A stretch of 32,000 bases of DNA, taken from NCBI RefSeq assembly GCF_000011805.1, contig NC_006841.2. One strand, 5' to 3'. Position numbers and translations under genes: made by a program. Every line of letters starts with the position of its first letter. Position 1 is the first letter of the stretch. Positions 26,425-32,000 of this stretch are shown one piece after another. Below the pieces are notes generated by a model. That model did not search any database, was not told the DNA's origin, and was given only the letters and a program-made list of their open reading frames with translations. Origin of the DNA: Aliivibrio fischeri ES114. Lineage in GTDB: Bacteria > Pseudomonadota > Gammaproteobacteria > Enterobacterales > Vibrionaceae.

Positions 26425-27270
26425 TTACATGCCTACTGACATGTGTAATCCATAAAACACGCCTCGGTTGATAAGTTCAGACACGAGAATACAAACAAAG
26501 CTTAATAATATTACTGGAAGCTTTGGTTGGCTTGACATCAAACGTGGCGAAAACATCAGAACAAAACCAACAAATAATAAGCCAAGGCGTAAAACTTGAA
26601 GTGTTGCCATGTTAGGTATGATGTCAGATGCAACAATGATTGCAGAACTGATATGGCTCAAACCAATCAATTGGCTAACCGTTGCAATTAAACTAATAGC
26701 AAGAGCAATTGATGCAAATACTGGTAAAGCATTATTTAACTCTGCGTGTTTATGATTAGTCGCGACCAATAACGTGTGAGCAAATGCTAGACCAGATATT
26801 GCCATGGTTAATAGGAACATTATTGGTGTGTAAATGCTGTTCCATGTTGGTACGGTATTAATTAAATACACCTTGATCATGGCATACATAAAACCAATAC
26901 CGATAACCATAGAGATGAGCAATAAGCCTTTTTTCAATGCATCAGAGCCTTTATTCACCACTTTTAATAGCCAGTAAAAGCCACCAGCGGCAAAGAATAA
27001 GCTAGAAGCAAAGATCTCATTTGATAACCAAGAGCTACCAACACGATTAAGGGCATTAAATGCTCTAAGTGGACTACCTAAGTGCATTGTTGATGCGATT
27101 AACCCTAGTCCCATCAATACCCAAATAAAGAACATATTACGGTGTAATCGTGTATCTTCATCTTGTGATAATTTACCACTTAAAGTTACGCAACCTAATA
27201 CAAAGAAGGCGCCGACAGCAGTTTGAGAGAGTACCGTGAATAAAATCAACGGCCATTCATGCCAAGCCAT
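26425..27270 (-). CDS. dmsC: Dimethyl sulfoxide reductase membrane anchor subunit DmsC
   Basis: 281 aa polytopic protein, directly downstream of dmsB. MAWHEWPLILFTVLSQTAVGAFFVLG. Confidence 0.9.
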   Translation of the reverse strand: MAWHEWPLILFTVLSQTAVGAFFVLGCVTLSGKLSQDEDTRLHRNMFFIWVLMGLGLIASTMHLGSPLRAFNALNRVGSSWLSNEIFASSLFFAAGGFYWLLKVVNKGSDALKKGLLLISMVIGIGFMYAMIKVYLINTVPTWNSIYTPIMFLLTMAISGLAFAHTLLVATNHKHAELNNALPVFASIALAISLIATVSQLIGLSHISSAIIVASDIIPNMATLQVLRLGLLFVGFVLMFSPRLMSSQPKLPVILLSFVCILVSELINRGVFYGLHMSVGM

Positions 27271-27271
27271 G

Positions 27272-27886
27272 TTATACCTCCTTAGGGTTTGCTAGATGAC
27301 CTGTTTGATCATCTGTTGGACGAGCATTACGGTTTGGTTTAATCACAATGTTTGGTTTTGTAATTAATGATGAAGGCAAAGGAGCGACATCTGCATTTGT
27401 TCCGTATTTTTCACGTAACTCTGCAATTGGACCAAATTCAAGAGCTCTTAATGGGCAAGAACCGACACAAATCGGCTCTAAGCCTTGGCCAACACGTTCA
27501 TAGCAACCATCACATTTTGTCATGTGACCTTTTTCTTCATTGTACTGAGGTGCACCATATGGGCAGGCCATCGTACAATATTTACAACCGATACAAACTT
27601 CCTCGTCGACAACAACGAATCCATCTTCTCGTTTATGCATTGCACCTGATGGACATACTTTAGTACAAGCAGGTTCATCACAATGGTTACACGCAATAGA
27701 TAGATAGTATGAGTACACACTTTGGCGATAAATTTCGCCTTCTTTTAGCCAATCACCACCGGCATATTCATATATACGACGAAAATTAACACCGACATCC
27801 AAGTCTTTGTTATCTTTACAAGAAAGTTGGCATGTTTTACAACCAGTACACTTACTTGAATCAATATAAAAACCGTATTGTTTCAT
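27272..27886 (-). CDS. dmsB: Dimethyl sulfoxide reductase iron-sulfur subunit DmsB
   Basis: 204 aa. Four ferredoxin-type Cys clusters (CTGCKTCQLSCKD, CNHCDEPACTKVCP, CIGCKYCTMACP, CDGCYERVGQGLEPICVGSCP). Confidence 0.93.
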   Translation of the reverse strand: MKQYGFYIDSSKCTGCKTCQLSCKDNKDLDVGVNFRRIYEYAGGDWLKEGEIYRQSVYSYYLSIACNHCDEPACTKVCPSGAMHKREDGFVVVDEEVCIGCKYCTMACPYGAPQYNEEKGHMTKCDGCYERVGQGLEPICVGSCPLRALEFGPIAELREKYGTNADVAPLPSSLITKPNIVIKPNRNARPTDDQTGHLANPKEV

Positions 27887-27896
27887 TATTTAACCC

Positions 27897-30335
27897 TTAT
27901 GCCTTCTTAACCAGTTGCACATCTACTAAGTTCGTATGTTGCGGATTACCTTTTGCTAACGGACTTGGACGTTGAGTTGTTAGTACGTTAATACAACCGC
28001 CGTGATCAACTCTTTGACCATCAGGGGCATACCAACCACCTTCGCCAAGAGCAACTACGCCCGGCATCATACGAGGGGTCACTTTTGCCGCGATATGAAC
28101 TTCACCACGATCATTAAAGATACGGATTAAATCACCATTGTTAATGCCACGTTGCTGAGCATCCATTGGGTTAATCCACATCTCTTGAGGTGCTGCATCT
28201 TTTAGAATGCTTACATTTCCATAGGTTGAGTGAGCTCGAGCTTTATAGTGGAATCCGGTTAATTGAAGTGGGTAATTACCCGTTTTTGATTCTTCATAGC
28301 CTTCAAAGTTAGGTACATAAATTGGAAGAGGGTGAATAACTTCGTCTTTTTTTAGTGTCCACGTACTTGCTAATTCAGCCAGTTTTTCAGAATAAATCTC
28401 GATTTTTCCTGTTGGTGTTTTAAGCGGATTGGCTTCAGGATCTTTACGGAACTCTTTATAAGCAACGAAATGTTCGTCAACTTTACGCTTATAAATACCT
28501 TGTTCACGCATAGCATCAAATTCAGGCAAGCTTGGATCTTGAGCTCGTGTTAATTGGTAGAGGTGACGTAGCCAACCTTCTTGGTCTCGACCTTCAGTAA
28601 ATGCTTCTTTCACACCTAATTTATCAGCAAGGCCGGTACAAATATCATAAATACTTCTAGCTTCAAATTGAGGTTTGATCGCTTGAGAAGCAAAGATAAA
28701 GTAAGGCATGTTACCTGCAGACGCATCCATACAGAAATCAGATTGCTCAGAGGTGGTTAGATCAGGTAGAACGATATCCGCGTATTTTGCAGATGATGTC
28801 ATGTGGTTATCAATAACCACGATCATTTCACAGGTGCTGTCATCTTGTAAGATAGTATGCGTACGGTTGATATCAGCATGTTGGTTAATAATACAGTTAC
28901 CAGCGTAGTTCCAAATGAACTTGATTGGCACATCCAGTTTTTCTTTTCCTCGGATACCATCTTTCGTTGCTGTCATTTCAGGGCCACGAACGATTGCATC
29001 TGTCCATAAGAACATTGGAATAGAGGCTTCAACTGGGTTACTAAGCGTTGGGAAGCGAACAAATGGAATACTTGAGCTACCTTCACGAGCACCAGTACCA
29101 CCGCCGTTAATACCAACATTACCCGTTAGAAGTGCTAGCATAGAGATTGCACGAGAAGCAATTTCACCATTAGCGGTACGTTGTAAGCCCCAGCCTTGGA
29201 TAATTGCACACGGTTTTGTTGAACCGATTTCACGAGCAGTTTTAATGATAATGTCTTCAGGAATACCAGTAATTGTTGACGCCCATTTTGGTGTCTTTTC
29301 AGTATTATCACCACCAAGACCTAAAATATAAGACTTATAATCACTATTTGCAGGCGCTGATGCTGGAAGTGTTTTTTCATCGTAACCAACACAATATTTA
29401 TCAAGGAAGGCTTGATCAACTAAGTCTTCTTTGATCATGACGTGAGCCATCGCAGCAATGAAAGCTGTATCGGTTCCTGGACGAATAGGGATCCACTGAT
29501 CTTCACGACCACCAGCGGTATCAGTATAACGCGGGTCGATAACGATCATGCGAGCGTTAGATTTTGCTTTACCTTCCATGAAATGATGGATAACACCGCC
29601 ACCAGACATGCGAGTTTCAGCAGGGTTATTACCAAATTGAACAATTAATTTAGTATTTTCTAAATCTGATGGCGAGTTATTAGCAGCAAAACCACCGTAA
29701 GTATGGTTTAAACCTTCTGCAATTTGTGCCGTTGAGTAATCACCATAGTGGTTAAGATAACCGCCGTTTAAATTCATTAAGCGAGCAATCAAACTGCCGC
29801 CTGGAGGCCAAGACTTAGTAACAGTACCACCTAGAGTACCTGTCCCGTAGTTTAGGTAAATTGCTTCGTTACCATATTCTTTTTTAATACGGTTAATGTT
29901 GTCTGCAATTTCAGTAAAAGCTTCATCCCAGCTAATACGCTTAAATTTACCTTCACCACGAGCACCAATGCGCTTCATTGGGTATTTTAAACGGTCAGGA
30001 TTATAAACACGTCGACGCATTGAACGACCACGTAAACAAGCTCTTACTTGGTGATTTCCATATTCATCATCACCAGTATTGTCGGTTTCGACCCACTTAA
30101 TTTCACCATTAGACACATGCATACGTAATGGGCAGCGGCTGCCACAGTTAACGGTACATGCACTCCAAACGACTTTATCTTCAGTCGTTGCAGGTTGTGG
30201 TGCAGCAGAAGCAGAGCGAGAAGCAAAAGGAAGCGCTATACCACTAGTAATAGCTGTGATTCCACCCAATATAGACCCGCCTTTTACAAAACTGCGGCGG
30301 CTTATTTTTGGGGTTAGCAATTGTTTTAATTTCAT
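27897..30335 (-). CDS. dmsA: Dimethyl sulfoxide reductase catalytic (molybdopterin) subunit DmsA
   Basis: 812 aa. Tat signal SRRSFVKGG, N-terminal Fe-S motif CTVNCGSRCPLRMH, molybdopterin oxidoreductase body. Confidence 0.94.
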   Translation of the reverse strand: MKLKQLLTPKISRRSFVKGGSILGGITAITSGIALPFASRSASAAPQPATTEDKVVWSACTVNCGSRCPLRMHVSNGEIKWVETDNTGDDEYGNHQVRACLRGRSMRRRVYNPDRLKYPMKRIGARGEGKFKRISWDEAFTEIADNINRIKKEYGNEAIYLNYGTGTLGGTVTKSWPPGGSLIARLMNLNGGYLNHYGDYSTAQIAEGLNHTYGGFAANNSPSDLENTKLIVQFGNNPAETRMSGGGVIHHFMEGKAKSNARMIVIDPRYTDTAGGREDQWIPIRPGTDTAFIAAMAHVMIKEDLVDQAFLDKYCVGYDEKTLPASAPANSDYKSYILGLGGDNTEKTPKWASTITGIPEDIIIKTAREIGSTKPCAIIQGWGLQRTANGEIASRAISMLALLTGNVGINGGGTGAREGSSSIPFVRFPTLSNPVEASIPMFLWTDAIVRGPEMTATKDGIRGKEKLDVPIKFIWNYAGNCIINQHADINRTHTILQDDSTCEMIVVIDNHMTSSAKYADIVLPDLTTSEQSDFCMDASAGNMPYFIFASQAIKPQFEARSIYDICTGLADKLGVKEAFTEGRDQEGWLRHLYQLTRAQDPSLPEFDAMREQGIYKRKVDEHFVAYKEFRKDPEANPLKTPTGKIEIYSEKLAELASTWTLKKDEVIHPLPIYVPNFEGYEESKTGNYPLQLTGFHYKARAHSTYGNVSILKDAAPQEMWINPMDAQQRGINNGDLIRIFNDRGEVHIAAKVTPRMMPGVVALGEGGWYAPDGQRVDHGGCINVLTTQRPSPLAKGNPQHTNLVDVQLVKKA

Positions 30336-30405
30336 GTATCGACATTCTCTAAGTTATATCTTGGAATTGATATGTTCCGATGGAAATTATTATCATTACG
30401 ATTAC

Positions 30406-30421
30406 TACCTCTCAATGGGTA
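30406..30421. promoter_or_regulatory. Candidate NarL/NarP 7-2-7 binding site upstream of dmsA
   Basis: TACCTCT-CA-ATGGGTA matches TACYYMT-N2-AKRRGTA at every specified position. Confidence 0.65.
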
Positions 30422-30459
30422 GTTATTCACATAATTTAATTTTTATATATAAATAAACA

Positions 30460-30473
30460 TTGTTTTTGATCAA
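30460..30473. promoter_or_regulatory. Candidate FNR binding site in the dmsA / dmsD-like divergent region
   Basis: TTGTT-TTTG-ATCAA compared with TTGAT-N4-ATCAA: 9 of 10 specified positions match. Confidence 0.55.
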
Positions 30474-30670
30474 GCAAAAGAGACTGAGTTATAAATATGA
30501 CTATTAATAAGCTTAAATGTATCGATTTTGGGAATGTTGTTTCATAGGAAGAATAACTTTGCTAAATATTGAATATATTAATAGTGAATTTAGTTGAGCG
30601 AGAACAAAAAAAACCTTAACACTTATAGTAAGATTTAAATCAATGGTTAAATTTTTATATAAGAATATTA

Positions 30671-31255
30671 ATGGAAAACATAAGTGCTGCGGCAAAATTA
30701 TTTGGTAGTCTTTTTTATTATCCACTAAATAATGAGAATAATACTCAATACATAAATTATATTAAGCAAAGTGAAGATTTGGATGATACTGAGTTTTCAA
30801 ATTTTATCCGAGCGTATGAAGCGACAGATAATGAACTTGTTGCTGATGATTTTCAGCGTTTGTTTGAAGGGTGTGATGTTATGCCTGCACCACCTTGGGG
30901 TTCAGTATACCTAGATAGAGAACAAGTTATATTTGGTGATTCAACTTTACGTTTCCGCCAGTTTTTACTTAACCATAATATTGAGTTAAACACGGGTATG
31001 AGGGAGCCAGAAGATCAATTTGGTCTTTCTTTATTAGCAATGGCTATGATGATTGATCAAGAAAAAGATGAAAGTGTTATTTCAGAGTTACTTTCAGAGC
31101 ATTTATTGCCTTGGTCATATCATTATTTAGAGTTAGTTAAAAAACACAGCAAAACAGATGTATATAAAACATTATCAGATATTACTGCTGGTTGGTTAGC
31201 TGCATTACAAAAAGAACTTAATATTACACCGCACGAATATAAGTTGTATTTTTAA
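30671..31255 (+). CDS. TorD/DmsD-family redox enzyme maturation chaperone
   Basis: 194 aa. LFEGCDVMPAPPWGSVYLDREQVIFGDSTLRFRQFL is the DmsD/TorD family signature. Divergent from dmsABC. Confidence 0.88.
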   Translation: MENISAAAKLFGSLFYYPLNNENNTQYINYIKQSEDLDDTEFSNFIRAYEATDNELVADDFQRLFEGCDVMPAPPWGSVYLDREQVIFGDSTLRFRQFLLNHNIELNTGMREPEDQFGLSLLAMAMMIDQEKDESVISELLSEHLLPWSYHYLELVKKHSKTDVYKTLSDITAGWLAALQKELNITPHEYKLYF

Positions 31256-31812
31256 TGAAAGATAAAAGAGATGAAAACTATTATCGTTCTTATTTGGAGC
31301 ATAAAACTGTAAGCCGACGTGGTTTATTTCGTGGACTATTGTCTGGTGCAAATAAATCATTAAAAGAGTCATCTCAAAATACAATTAAACCGACAGTAGC
31401 AAGATCTCCTTATGCTATTGAAGAGGGGCTATTTAGAGAGCTTTGCCAAGATTGCGAACAGTGCACTACTGCATGCCCTCAACATGTAATAGAGATGGTG
31501 GATGCCCGTCCTCAATTGAATCTTGATTATAATCACTGTACTTTTTGTGGAGAGTGCCAGTTGGTATGTGATTCAGGCGCTTTAGGTAAAGATCTAGGTA
31601 GTATCAATTTACAACCTGAGTTTATTTCAAGTTGTAATAATAAACTTTCTGGAAGGTGTGAAGTGTGTGCTGATGCTTGCCCGCAGAAAGCGATAATTAT
31701 CGAACCTAGAAAGTTGCCACAGGTGGACGCATCTTTATGTAATGGTTGTGGTTTATGCCGTTCTGCATGCTTTATTGGTGCTGTGCAAATGACCTTTGTC
31801 GTTCCAAGCTAG
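31255..31812 (+). CDS. NapF-like ferredoxin-type protein
   Basis: 185 aa. SRRGLFRGLLSG N-terminus, CQDCEQCTTACP, CTFCGECQLVCD, CNGCGLCRSAC clusters. Overlaps the dmsD-like gene by 1 nt. Confidence 0.82.
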   Translation: MKDKRDENYYRSYLEHKTVSRRGLFRGLLSGANKSLKESSQNTIKPTVARSPYAIEEGLFRELCQDCEQCTTACPQHVIEMVDARPQLNLDYNHCTFCGECQLVCDSGALGKDLGSINLQPEFISSCNNKLSGRCEVCADACPQKAIIIEPRKLPQVDASLCNGCGLCRSACFIGAVQMTFVVPS

Positions 31813-31830
31813 TATGTATTTAAATGCATT

Positions 31831-31862
31831 AAAAAAGGTGACAATTGAATGTCACCTTTTTT
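31831..31862. terminator. Bidirectional rho-independent terminator
   Basis: AAAAAAGGTGACA-attgaa-TGTCACCTTTTTT: 13-bp perfect arms between convergent genes. Confidence 0.92.
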
Positions 31863-31890
31863 ATTATTATGCGAGAAAATAACCAGTGTA

Positions 31891-32000
31891 TTAACGCTGC
31901 TCTAATGGATAAGAGCGGTAACTCCACATACCATAAACGCGTAATGCATCTCGGTAGATACCTAATAGTTCTTTATCTGTAGGTACTTTTAACTCTTCAA
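31891..32000 (-). CDS. C-terminal end of a minus-strand CDS truncated by the window edge; function not assigned
   Basis: Manual translation: ...EELKVPTDKELLGIYRDALRVYGMWSYRSYPLEQR*, with a well-placed terminator downstream. Not in the supplied ORF track. Confidence 0.65.
   Translation of the reverse strand, partial: EELKVPTDKELLGIYRDALRVYGMWSYRSYPLEQR

Noticed and set aside
28708-29648. Plus- and minus-strand ORFs inside dmsA (28708-28908, 28915-29331, 29135-29317, 29442-29648)
   Set aside because: dmsA is intact and conserved; the 138-aa ORF is long but expected by chance antisense to a 2.4-kb gene.
30079-30456. 125-aa plus-strand ORF antisense to the dmsA start and promoter region
   Set aside because: Runs antisense to the Tat signal/Fe-S coding region and across the regulatory sites; no SD or family similarity.
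30629-30642. AAGATTTAAATCAA as a second FNR site for the chaperone gene
   Set aside because: 8/10 match only, and centred about 35 bp before the ATG, which would put an activated start inside the coding sequence. Probably AT-rich chance.
1-32000. CRISPR arrays, tRNA/rRNA genes, insertion sequences, phage or classical toxin-antitoxin/defence cassettes
   Set aside because: No regularly spaced repeats, transposase/integrase signatures, rRNA/tRNA-like segments or defence-domain ORFs were seen while reading the window.

Overview
This AT-rich window looks like Vibrionaceae/Aliivibrio DNA. That is my inference from gene content and protein similarity recall; no database search was run. From left to right it contains: (1) the 3' end of a GGDEF gene, tail-to-tail with a compact minus-strand operon encoding a TonB-dependent receptor, a YfiR-like periplasmic protein and a CHASE8/HAMP/PAS/GGDEF-like cyclase; (2) a plus-strand PTS/sugar operon resembling E. 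coli cmtB-cmtA-yggP-yggD-yggC, with a PHP-family phosphatase (YcdX-like) at its end instead of the GlpX-like YggF, CRP-like sites upstream, and strong intercistronic hairpins on both sides of the yggP-like gene; (3) an MFS transporter preceded by a 60-aa exported-looking peptide ending HNHHHSHHHH; (4) a small secreted protein made of about three degenerate repeats, and a lipoprotein; (5) an H-NOX sensor with a hybrid histidine kinase; (6) a POT-family transporter and an M14-like metallopeptidase; (7) a compact mshC-D-O-P-Q-like minor pilin/adhesin cluster with no adjacent major pilin or assembly genes; (8) dmsABC, divergent from a dmsD/torD-like chaperone and a napF-like ferredoxin, with a consensus 7-2-7 NarL/NarP site and a near-consensus FNR site between them; (9) the 3' end of an unidentified minus-strand CDS. 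No rRNA, tRNA, CRISPR or mobile element was recognised. The best leads for an under-described system are the orphan pilin/adhesin cluster, the TonB receptor-YfiR-cyclase operon, and the His-rich peptide/MFS pair.
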